DNA of 63,094 bases, the filler included, from Sluysia triapertura (taxonomy: Eukaryota): the NCBI GenBank assembly GCA_046118255.1. It is 5 parts of 5 records of this genome, joined end to end, with 100 filler letters (N's around TTAATTAATTAA, not from the genome) between each part and the next. Parts side by side here need not be neighbours in the genome. Positions count along the whole stretch, not along the records: positions 46,695 to 63,094 come from JBJNIA010204927.1; 4 more parts are not named here. One strand, 5' to 3'. The stretch's first letter is position 1; the number at the start of each line of letters is the position of its first letter. The position numbers and the translations under genes are program-made. Below are positions 51,803 through 63,094 of the stretch, piece after piece. The notes below the pieces were generated by a model that saw nothing but the letters and a program-made list of their open reading frames with translations, made no database searches and was not told the origin of the DNA.

Positions 51803-52148
51803 TGTAGGAAGTCTCCAGTTAGAATAATAAAATTTACGATTAGTATATAAAAACTTTCTGTTTAAATCGAAATTACTTAAGTCGCAGTGTAAACCTTATA
51901 AAAGCATTTAGCTTAAGTCAAAAGATTGTAGGAGTATATTTTGCAAGAAAACTCTACGCTGCTTAATAAACATAAGGTGTATTGATTTTTAGGAAAAAAC
52001 TGTTATATTGTTAAGGGAACTTTGATTGTCAAATTCTATAGCTATGTCTACTACAGACGAACCTGTTTAATTTCATAATTGTTTACAAGATAAAATAAAA
52101 TCTTAACAACCTCAACAAATATTTCCCCGCACAGGAAGATTTGTTCCT
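51803..52148 (-). mobile_element. Putative polypurine tract plus 3' LTR of the oppositely oriented element (TGTTGAGG at 52117 to ..TTCCTACA at 51803)
   Basis: Reverse complement aggaacaaatcttcctgtgcggggaaatatt-TGT, homologous to the junction at 50807-50839. Confidence 0.5.
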
Positions 52149-52329
52149 ACAAATCAATAGTAATAAAAACTTAAAAAATGTAGAATAGCAAATATATGTA
52201 ATACAAAATTACTATATAAATATATAAAATATCAGGATAAAAAATTAAAACGTAAAACATAATAAACAAAAACTATAAAAATATGAAAGCCCTATTGATC
52301 AAGAATGTTGATAAATTATAATATTACTA

Positions 52330-54385
52330 ATCAGCATAATATATCATTTGAGTCAATGGTTCTGGGGAGCTGCAGGCGTAGGAGTCGATGTAAAGTTGAT
52401 CTATAATTGTGTATATGAACAGTTAGATTGATAAACAGCAGATTCAGCAGACATCGAATCACTGTAGTGTCATATTGGGATGACTGTTGGACCAAATAGA
52501 TTGGGATGTGGCAAAGAACTCGAAGAGAGCAATGAAGGATCCTTACTTTTTAAGAAATCAAACAAGACAACTAATTCAGAGGCTAATCTAATGGTGTTAA
52601 AAAGCGACAGAGAGAAATACAGAAGTTTCAGAATCTGTCGCGCTCGAGCCAGAATGTCCATGATAGGCAATGATAACAAATTGTGGTTTTTAAGATTTAA
52701 CAGTGAGATTAGGATTTAAAGAAAGCAAGTTTTGGTAAGGGTTTATGATTTGAAAAGAGTTTATTATAATTAAAATGGATTGAATTAAAGTTTATAAAAT
52801 TATCATTTATATCATGTATATACTTCATAGAACCTATTCTTATTTGATAAAAAGTTCCTTTACAATAAGAGATAATTCTTATGAAATCTTTACTTATATT
52901 ATTAGCAACATTTTTATTGTAAGTGAAACACTTATGAATTCCACAAAATTTGACTTTAAATAAATTATATAAAAGGCTCAACAACATATAAGTATATTCT
53001 AAACTTTTATTAAATGTAAAAGCTAAGATTATTATATTTGATAGTGTATCCTGATGTACCCCAATCCGCCGCGCTCCAAAAGAATCATCTTTCTAATTTC
53101 TCGTTTATGAACCTTGAATTTAATTTGTTTTTCTAAAAGATAAATTTTGTACAACTTTGGAGATTGTGGAGGTGAACACGTAATTTTAGGACTAGATTTA
53201 ATTTTTGATATCGATTGTGTCTTTAAGATAATTCTAAGCATACAGATGATCTAATTGTAAGAAGATTTACTTACTAAATATACATCATGATTAGAAATTA
53301 ATGGTACAATAATGGGATCACTAATAAGAACGACTTGATAAGTATTTATAACAGATATTAGAGTAAGATTAGCTAAACGATCCGTAATATTTTCTTTAGT
53401 TGTACTACTTCGAATATCAACTATACAGACGGCTTTATTTTGTTGATTTACTTTACTCGATTTAACTGAATAAATCAAATCATACAAACTATTAGACACA
53501 ACACTCTGCTGAATCGCATAAGTGACTCGAACCAAACTAAACTTTAATTTATTAATTTTAGGATCCTCCTTTACTAAAAATAACGGTAATTCTAAACCGG
53601 ACTCTTTAAAAATTACAGGTAAAACAATAAGGTCTATTAAGAATTTTATTTGTACACGATATATTATTAGATAATTTTGTGATCTTAAATCAATTACATT
53701 TATTGATTTAATTTCGTTCAATACTTTTAAAGATTTTGTTCTATACAATAAAGCTAAATCGTATAACTTTAAGCTTAAAATGGGTACTAGACGTTTACAA
53801 ATCTTGAAATAATACTTAATAATGAATATGACGAATTAACAACAGCATTATCATAAATAATTCTCAGTTGTTGCCATTATTCATTCGTTGATGAAGACTC
53901 AATCGTAATATCATCATTTTCATTCGGATAAAATCCTACTAATAACTTTAAGATTTTATTATCTTGTGAAAATTCGTTCCATGACAACTCTGTAATAGGA
54001 CTAACAATTTGAAATTAATCATGAAGAAATTTCCTATATTTATCAATTAACTTTGAATTGCAAACATTAATGATTCGACTGGATTCATTTTCTGTATTAT
54101 TTTTGTCATCTGCATCGATAAAATTATCATAACTAGGCCGACAAGGACAATGAATACCAATGTTTAATAATAAACTTGTTTGTGTTTGCTTGTAATTTAG
54201 TTTTATTTCAGATAATTTTTTAATTGAAAGATCGTTATTTCTATTATGTTCCAGTTATTCGATACGAGTTTTTCTTAAATCTCTCATCTGTTCGACGTTA
54301 ACACGAATATCCGAATTGTCACTGTAGACACGACGAAAATTTGAAGTTTTCGTTTTGCAACATTGTCCGCATACAAAAAGATACT
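52330..54385 (-). pseudogene. Long (~680 codon) decayed ORF-X family gene
   Basis: Near-continuous minus-strand reading (ORFs 53251, 53032, 52709 and 52470, plus 53800-54380 with scattered TAA stops). It includes NLKNHNLLSLPIMDILARARQILKLLY..IRLASELVVLFDFLKSKDPSLLS. Confidence 0.65.
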
Positions 54386-54451
54386 AATAAAAATAATGAT
54401 TTTTATTTTGTAAAAAATTACTTTCTTTCAGATGATGACCAGTGATTAGTT

Positions 54452-54599
54452 ATCCAACCAGAATTCTCTATCTGTAAAGTATTAAACTTCATTCTGGTTG
54501 GATGGCCAGTAATATGCATGGAATTGGCAAACTAACTGTAGTGAGTGATTAGCCATCATCAGTGTTGACCGTGATGAAGAATGTCAACACTGGTTATGG
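54452..54599 (-). other. Twin-hairpin element, copy B
   Basis: atccaaccagaat (54452-54464) / attctggttggat (54491-54503), and ccatcatcagtgttgac (54553-54569) / gtcaacactggttatgg (54583-54599). Confidence 0.85.
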
Positions 54600-56467
54600 T
54601 AGTAACAATTTATAATGCTTGAAAATAATTACTGAATTTTTATGTGATTAAAATGATAACTTGATAATCATAATAACAATAACAATATTGCTATTATTAT
54701 TATTAACGAAAAAAGAAAAATGCATAAACCTCTTATCTTTTACTTATACAAGATCTTTCTGTGGTTTTCTTCAATTTTTAAACATATTTTAAATATATTC
54801 TAATAAATTTAATTGTACTTAAACTAAAAATCTTTGTGTAAAAGTTTTTATGGTTATTAATTTACATAAATTGCTGAATTCTTTAAAGCTATACACGATC
54901 TTCCTTTTGAAACTAATAATCTTTGAGTACAGAATAGTTTGAATGAATTTATATGTGTGATTAACGTTTTAAGGTATGATAGTATTTCTTATGCAATGCA
55001 GAGAAATGCAGAACACTAGAATGAACTTTTAGATATTGACTTATGTCTTTGTGTGAGAGTAATATTTGAATATTGGAAGATCGTGATTAAAAGACCTATT
55101 GAGAAGAGTGTAATTTGGTAAACGTGAAAAGGTAAACTATAATACAATTCTTGGTATATTTGAAATATTATTGTGCAATGTATTATGTGATTTGTTTATT
55201 TGTTGTTTTTGAATGGTATTGTATTGTGTTGTTGGTGACGATGCAATGACATATGCTGAATTTAGGTGTTGTAATTGATTCGAAGGTGTAAAGTAGATAA
55301 TTTCAAATGAGGATATTATTTAGTTATTATGGATTTCGAGTTACATGTTTTTGATAGATTTGTCGGTGTAAGTTGATGGTATTAGATGTAACTGTGGTTT
55401 GTATATTATGAGATTGCGAATATGGCTTAGTTTAGGCAAATGAACTGTTTTGTAAGTGTGTAGGAGGTAAGTGTGTGAATATCAAAGTGTTGAAGGTTTA
55501 ATTAATTATAAAGGTTATCCACTACACAAGTAAATACTGACGAGTTTTATTTCCTTTGAACTCAATAAGTTTCCTTCCGACAACTCATGAATATCCTTCA
55601 AGAAATTACGGATCCTTATTCTAAGACGTATGCGAAATTCCGTATGAAACGGTCAAGAATAAGGCATACAAACCATTTGAATGATATGCGGTTTGTCCCT
55701 CACATCAATGGCATGATAAAGGCGACGAAGATGAGCTTCTCTTCGTCCTTGTATGGAGAGTTTTTCTATGTTTATCATTTCAATATTAAGAAAATTTTTG
55801 ATAATGTTGATATTAACTATTTGTAGGTTAACTCTTTCCTTAAAATAATCAACAGTTAACTCAGGAATAATGCCTTTAACAAGATTTATAAAATTTAATC
55901 CAAACAATATAACTAAATTAACGAATGTTGTTATATTTATCAAAAAACAACCAAAATAAAATAAAAGTTGAAATAATAGGAGTAAACGTACGAATCAGAA
56001 TATACGTAAATACGGAGATATTCAGAAATTTTGAAATTAGCTACCTTTAAACTGAATATTACGAATGTCATTTGTACTAGGAAAAGTGCATAAGTAATAA
56101 GCGTTTGTACGAAGTTAAATTTTGGTAGATTATGTGTTACAACGTCAGTGATACATGAATTTTGACAGATACTGATCACATATCGTAGATCACCACTGTT
56201 ATTGAAATATGAATGTAAAATATTATTGTGGTTTTCAATGACTATAAAATAACTTAATAACTAATATAAATAGCGCAGATTGACGAATATCATTATAACG
56301 AATAAGTAGCAGAAATAATAAGAAATATATGCATAAAGATGAACATAGACACATACAAAGAGAAACAGCAAAACAAACATTATAACAATAGATATAAACA
56401 ATGTAACGACAATAGTTATCATAACAACAATCAGAATTATCGTCACGATAATGTCTATTATTATTGT

Positions 56468-56468
56468 G

Positions 56469-56524
<56 letters not shown>
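56468..56524. repeat. (AAT)n microsatellite
   Basis: Directly visible. Confidence 0.95.
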
Positions 56525-56525
<1 letters not shown>

Positions 56526-59100
56526 GTAAAATTATAGTGAGTATAAATTATTATGACTGTGTGTTTTGAATATATCAAGTAATCTATCAAATAAATATAT
56601 CAAATAAATAAATATTTTATTTATGTATGAAGTGTTGATTTGTGATGAAATGTTTGTGATATGTTGATTTAGAGTTCACGACAAAGGGGGCTCATGAGAA
56701 TAGGACATTCCAGGGGATACAGATTGAGCTGGCTCCGAAAAAAGAAGAGCAATAGAGCAATGAAACTCCTGCGCCTCAATGACTACTTTACAATTCCGAT
56801 GCAATTTTGTTAGGTACATAGAAGACAGCGAGTAAACTCTCTACAATCAGCTAAACTTTACACACAGAGTCAAAAGTACGATCTGTAAAGCATTACCGAT
56901 GATTAGCATTTTTTCTGAAAGTATGAGTCGATTAGTTTGCTCTGAGTACACAAATAACTTGGAAAGCAGGCGAGGTTAACTTCAAAAGTTGCAAATTGAT
57001 CGATATTCGTATAAAACATATGAATTTGAGGATTGTTCGTATCTATGTTATGAATTTGGTAATGATAATAGATTATTGTATTTATAAATTAAATTACATT
57101 TTTTGTTAACGGGAATATTTTATTACCATCGTAGTTAAATTACATTATAAAATTAATCATACCAAACTTATAAGTTAAACATTTGTACAAAACATTTAGA
57201 AACAACTTTAAAGAAATTTTATTATGATTAGTAGACACAAAACTATAATACGAGCCATTTATATTAACTAATACATCCTGAACATATTGGGAAAATATAA
57301 TTATTAGACACAGAAGAAAAATCACAATAGAAAACTAGAATAAAATATAAAAGATTAGAATAACATACCTTATGAGTCAGTGCTCATCTTTATATTAATT
57401 AAACGTAGTTCCCGTTTAACTTGTACACAATCTCTTTTGTGAAATCATTGTTTAATAAGTCACTGTATGTTACGATCATCGGTGTACCATGAAACGCAAT
57501 ATTGACAGTAACATGGGCGTAAAAATGAATTACTAAAAACATTATTGTTACTTCAGGATTAGTTCGAACACTTATATTATCTCTTTGTAGTCTAAGTAAA
57601 TAAACAATTGTTAATTTGTCCTGTTGGAGAAACAAAAGTATTGAACTTGTGGATTTACAAAATGTAATCTAAAACCATTTAACTCGATTTTTGAAATTTC
57701 GATATTATAATTATTTCTAAAAATATACTAAACTATGATCATAATGAAATTATTATGAATTAGAGATCAAATTGCTCAATGTATCAATACTTTGATGTAA
57801 CAAGGCTTCAGTGTTAATTTCAAATACTTCAAGAATTAAATCCAGCTTTAATTTCAAAATACAGGCAGCTCTAGTATAATTGCTTGTTTTCGTGACAATT
57901 ATCAATAATTTGTTTTGTTACAGAAACATGCAAATTTTTCTCAGTGTTGCGCCTTTCCAAAGCTTCAAGTCGAATTCGATGTTCAAAACAAATTAAAAAA
58001 TCAAAAAATTTTTTTACAATGAGCGTTTGAAATAATACTAGATACTGTAAAATTATTAAGATGGGTACTAAATAAAGCCACTTTTGAATATACAGCTTGA
58101 GGATTTATGAATTATCGAATTGATCAGGATTTGAATGACATTGTTGTAAAAAGTTATGATTCAGAAAATTTACTTAATCCAGAAAATTGAATTAGAAATA
58201 AGCATTAAATGAACTAATGCTCTGAAATATCAAATAGTACTTCACACTTTGTTTGTAGAACTTGTTAATTGATCTGTTAGATAAAAAAAGTTAGATAGGA
58301 AGTTAAGGAGATGTGAAAATGAATGAGAAAGAGTTATAAAAGAAAGTTAGTGGAATTGAAGGTGTTTAATGGAAAGTTCATTTAGTTTTATTTTTATATT
58401 TTAAAATGTAAGTTTAGTAAATTTTGATGTGATTTATATGTTGTGGTGGTCAACCTCTCGTTAAAATTTAAATAATAATTCCAATTACATCATTACACTC
58501 ATTAACATTTTACATTATTACCTTTTCATAATTCACCAAATCCTTTTTTTATTGTACATTTTTTTAGATCCATTAAAACCATTTTTTATACTTCACAACA
58601 TTTTAAATTCACAATTTTAACACAATCATACTTACATTCAAAACCATCAATGTACACATAAAAATTCATTTATAACATTTTATTCATTATCCAATAACAT
58701 TAGAACCACAATTACATCTTAAATTATCATTGAAAACACGAAAATTAATTCAAAGCATTACAAATTTACGATCCTTCAACACTCAATCATTAACACCTTG
58801 AAAAAAATGTAACGCACACTTCAAAACCAATCTAAGCATTTTTATACAAATAAAATTTCAACTCATTTCATACGTAAGACAGAATATAAGCAAAAGAAAG
58901 TTTATGTTATTAAAGAGATTAAAAGAAATTAAGTTTATGCATTGTGATTTTATTTTCTTTATTTATATTATTATTAAGTATCATTATTTACTTTTATTAT
59001 TATTATTTTATCGCATATGTTATTATTATTGTTACTAGAATTAATTTTAGTGTAATAATTTTTTGTGTCTAAATGTTTGTTTAATGTAAAATTTTGTTTC

Positions 59101-59343
59101 GACTTTTTCTAAGTCTTTGAAATCTTATACGTTGTCTTTTTTTAATTTTATTTTATTAAGTCTTTATCAAATTTAACTGTCTATTTTATACTTTTTTATA
59201 CTCTAAAAATCCTAGCTCTATATTATTAATTCAAATCTCTATTTATAATTATTCTGAACTTTAATTTACAATATCACTTTAACCTTAACTGGAGGTATGA
59301 GTTAATATACTCGTCCTTGTTGTTTAGGATAGAAGTGCTTAAT
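59101..59343. repeat. Second copy of the 25849-26062 repeat
   Basis: gactt(c/t)ttctaagtctttgaaat and the near-identical ~60-nt core at 59284-59343. Confidence 0.85.
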
Positions 59344-60388
59344 AATTTACCGATAATAAATACGCAATTATGCACTAATTAACACTCTAATATAGGTATT
59401 TAAATTTCAACCCAATTATAATTTCTTACAACTTAATGACTTATTTTCAATACACTCTATTTAATTCCTGGGTTCTACTCTCCCAAATAAAAATTAAGGT
59501 AACGAACATATACTTTATTTATAAATCGAAATAAATCAAAAAAAATTTAATAATATATAAATTTCCAATAATAATAATAATGTTGGTATTTATAAAAGGC
59601 AATGAATAAAAAAAACTTACACGATGTCTGAATGGAGCTGTCTGCAATATTCAAATCTAATTATTCATAGCATAACTACAGAACAATAAACATAATATTC
59701 GAATAAGATTGACTGTAGAACAAATGAGATGACATAGTAACGTACTATTCAAATCGAATAATTAACTTCACTAAAAAGATTGGTTCACCAAATTTTTGTT
59801 TTCCTTTTATACTATTTTACGCAATTTTACAATAATAATAATACAATCAATAATAAATTTATAACATAATTTTTTCATTAACAAATCTATCAATAATAAT
59901 ATAACATAATAAATTTATACAACTTAATTTTCTTATGCAATTATAATGCATAATTTTTTACCTACAATAATATAAGAATAATGTTAAATATTACTATTCA
60001 TTGCTTTTTAAAATTAGATTATGTTACATTATCATCATCGTCATTAGCATTGCACAAATGACATTTTTAATTACAATTTTGATATAATTGCTGTTACTAC
60101 CACTATCCATATTGCAGTGATATCAGTCTTTCGAGTTGTATGAATTATTAACTGTCATCACTGACAATCACTATCAGTGCAACTTGTGTCGTCGTACATT
60201 ACTTACTGGCTATCCAATCAACATTGATATCATAAAGCGTTTCTCTAAAACTAAAAGAAATTTTATTGGTCTTTTTATTTAAAGAATTTAATCGACTCAC
60301 ATTTTATTAATATATAAAACTAGTTTTAAAAATTTAGTTACATTAAAAAATAAATAATTTTTATTTAAAAAGAGATAACATTTACGAC

Positions 60389-61345
60389 ATGGCTAATAAA
60401 TTTTGGAATGGTCCTCATTATCTAGAATGTTCATTTAATAAACAAAATGTTTTAAAAAATCATCATAATTATATTGATAAATCAGTTAATGTAAACGAAT
60501 GCAAATATTTCAAAAAATTTTTTGATGATATAAACTTTTTATTCGATAATCAGTTAAGGGTTCAACTACAAGTTTCATCGACATCAGTGATGTATTTTAA
60601 AATATCCCATACAATGTATTCTGTAAAGTGCAATAATTCATGGCTACTAGCGCCCATAACTTTATTCTTAGTACCTAACAGTAAAGAGTTCAATCTGATC
60701 CCTCAAAGAAATTTTCTCATACTGGCTACAACGTTAACTGTAAAATTGTACAGGTACGTACACAAGAGTATAATCAATTTGCATTAGATGAAGAAATCAT
60801 TAGTATGCATAACATTTTATTAGATGATAATTGTAAGTAAGGTAGATGTATCACAAACTACCAATCACTCTGAGAAAGAAGTTGTTGAATCTATGTTTCC
60901 AGTTGATGAGGTTATAATAATTTTAAATACAAGATTAGCAGCAGACATGATAAAGCTAGTAATGATAACACAACTGAGTGTGTTAAGATTCTACAATAAA
61001 GCTATTTTAATGAATGACACAAGAGTAATTGGAAACATCTTGAATATAAAAATATATATGATAACTGTTCCTTTCCATGCTTACGATGAAGTCACGAATA
61101 TTAGTCTATTATATTTTCCAATCACTATTCCCAGAAACATTGATGATATTAACTTTAGCACGATCACAAGCAATTCATCAAAAACCATGTCAATGAACAA
61201 TTTTAATCCAATGCAAGTAATTAAGGATCCAATGGAAATTTTACAATGTCCACTTCAATCCAGCGATACCGGACTATGCATCAAAGCTGATTCAGCCTAC
61301 AAATATTACCTCACTGTTTATCAAATAAGTCGGTGTCGGGGCTGA
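60389..61345 (+). pseudogene. Orphan reading frame (ORFs 60389-60787 and 60824-61345, same frame, two stops between)
   Basis: In-frame ORFs downstream of a degenerate twin-hairpin copy (60090-60225); no family recognised. Confidence 0.45.
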
Positions 61346-63027
61346 TATATCGTTATATAATAATCATCAGGAACGTATAAAAAAGCTAATTGAATCAGTA
61401 CTTGCCAGTATTTCAACCAACACCACATTTCTATGATGAAGTCAAAGACAAAACATTAAAATAATTAGGAATTTTTATATTCACTTATCGACTAATCTTG
61501 ATATTTTTTGTTTTAGGATACTACAATCCGATGAAGACATGGTGATGTATAAGAAATGGAGTACGCCCTATAATCATCATAACATTGTTGTTAATTTTAA
61601 ATTTTTCTTAAATAAATATAATTCAATGTCTATATTGTTTCTTATTAAAGCTCAAAAATTAAAATTCAAATTACTAAAATTAAAGAAAAGGATTAATACA
61701 ATTTATATAGAAGATAAAATTTTCACAGTTAATATAAAAGACAAAATTGTTTATAATAAAAATCTTCATATTGTCGACTCCAACAATATAATCCTACATA
61801 TGTTATGAAGATATGCGTATTGGTGTGTTGTGGGATATTAAAATTTTATGAGGAAAAAAACAATAAAAGAAATACATATAGATATATAATACTACGAAAT
61901 TGTCTAAGTTTTCTTTTTATATTGTAATTACAAATTCAAACATTTTTACAATATGTTTTAAGAAAGTTTTATTGTCTCTTCTTCTTAAGGAAAGGGTTCA
62001 GTGTTTTAGGCATTTGTACTTTATAAAAACACTTAAGTTGGCATCGACGCCTAGCGAGTTTTTGCTATTTAGAATGACCAGGTGTAATAATAGGATCTGG
62101 CCGTTGCAATATGTGTGCATCAGTTGATTGCATCTAACTGCTTTTGGCTGAATAATGTTGACTGATGCGTTGGGTTCTAACACGTTTAAAGGTTCTTCGA
62201 TGGAATCGAAAGAGGAAACATAAGTAATTTCGAAATTATAAAAATGACGAAGTTTTTGTCGATAAAAAATTTCACACCTAATTTTTTGGGCTCAGAACAT
62301 CAGACAAGAAGGTGTAGGTGCAGATTTAAAGAGGAAAGACAAACACCGGAAATGAAATCGGTGAAATATACGATTGCATAAAATTCTTAATTGTTCTCAA
62401 ACAGATAGAACGGAGAATTTCATTATACCAGCAACTCTTATGAATTCAGTCAGGAAAACTAAACTAAATAAAAAAGTATAAGTTAATATACTTAATAACT
62501 AACATAACTTATATAGGTTAGTTTTATATTTATTATAAAATTATATATCTACATCATTATTTGTCAGCGAAAGTATTGTCCGTAATGAATGGGGATTAGC
62601 CACCGCACATGGTCAAATATCGTTTGGGGAATACACTTAAGGTTAGACTTTTAAAGGTAGATGATTGTTAAAAGTCAATAGACACTAAGTTCTATGAAGC
62701 TGTGTTAAAAAGTTAAGGCTAAGAAAAATGAAAAGGAATACTAAAATATAACTGTGAAAAAATCTCGTTCACGCATAAGATATAAAATATTTTCTTTTTT
62801 CATTATTGTATGAGTACATTTATATACTAATTCATAATTCAGACGTTAGTAGTTTTTAATTTATTTTTTATTTGTTTTATAATTAATCTTTATTTATTTT
62901 TATTTTAGGTAAAGTCAAAATTCGGAAATGAGTGAGTTTTTAATTAATTTTTTTTATTTTATAATTAATCTGTATTTGTTTTCTATTTAAGTAAGACATT
63001 TAGAATACGTTTTAATTAATATTTTGC

Positions 63028-63094
<67 letters not shown>
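63028..63094. repeat. (ATT)n microsatellite
   Basis: Directly visible. Confidence 0.95.

Noticed and set aside
47583-54385. Alternative genetic code (stop reassignment) to explain the in-frame stops
   Set aside because: All three stop types and frameshifts occur, and the innexin and helicase exons read normally (the innexin ends in TAA). Ordinary decay is sufficient.

Overview
Very AT-rich eukaryotic (invertebrate metazoan) DNA. It is five contigs joined by an artificial 100-bp spacer (44N-TTAATTAATTAA-44N at 10795-10894, 21800-21899, 34784-34883 and 46595-46694), so adjacency across the spacers means nothing. Two host genes are recognisable. One is the 5' part of a spliced YTHDC2-like R3H/DEAH RNA helicase (minus strand, 7487 to at least 951), with a 39-nt micro-intron and large introns full of hAT and Tc1/Tc3 remnants. 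The other is a complete two-exon innexin (20300-21542) that has lost both cysteines of one of its two extracellular disulfides. The rest is mostly decayed mobile DNA: mariner, a piggyBac-type MITE, an RLE-type non-LTR fragment, dispersed repeats with an internal tRNA-like core, and microsatellites. The best candidate for an undescribed system is a family of LTR-like elements with no visible RT or integrase. Two convergent copies in contig 5 share a homologous protein of unknown family and a homologous hairpin-PPT-TGT junction. One copy carries a retropepsin remnant and a RING-H2 ORF behind a splice acceptor. The other is preceded by a twin-hairpin element that recurs, with compensatory base changes, upstream of other orphan ORF clusters, one of which ends in a CBP/p300 TAZ1 fragment. 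All homology calls were made by eye from recalled family motifs; no database search was run.
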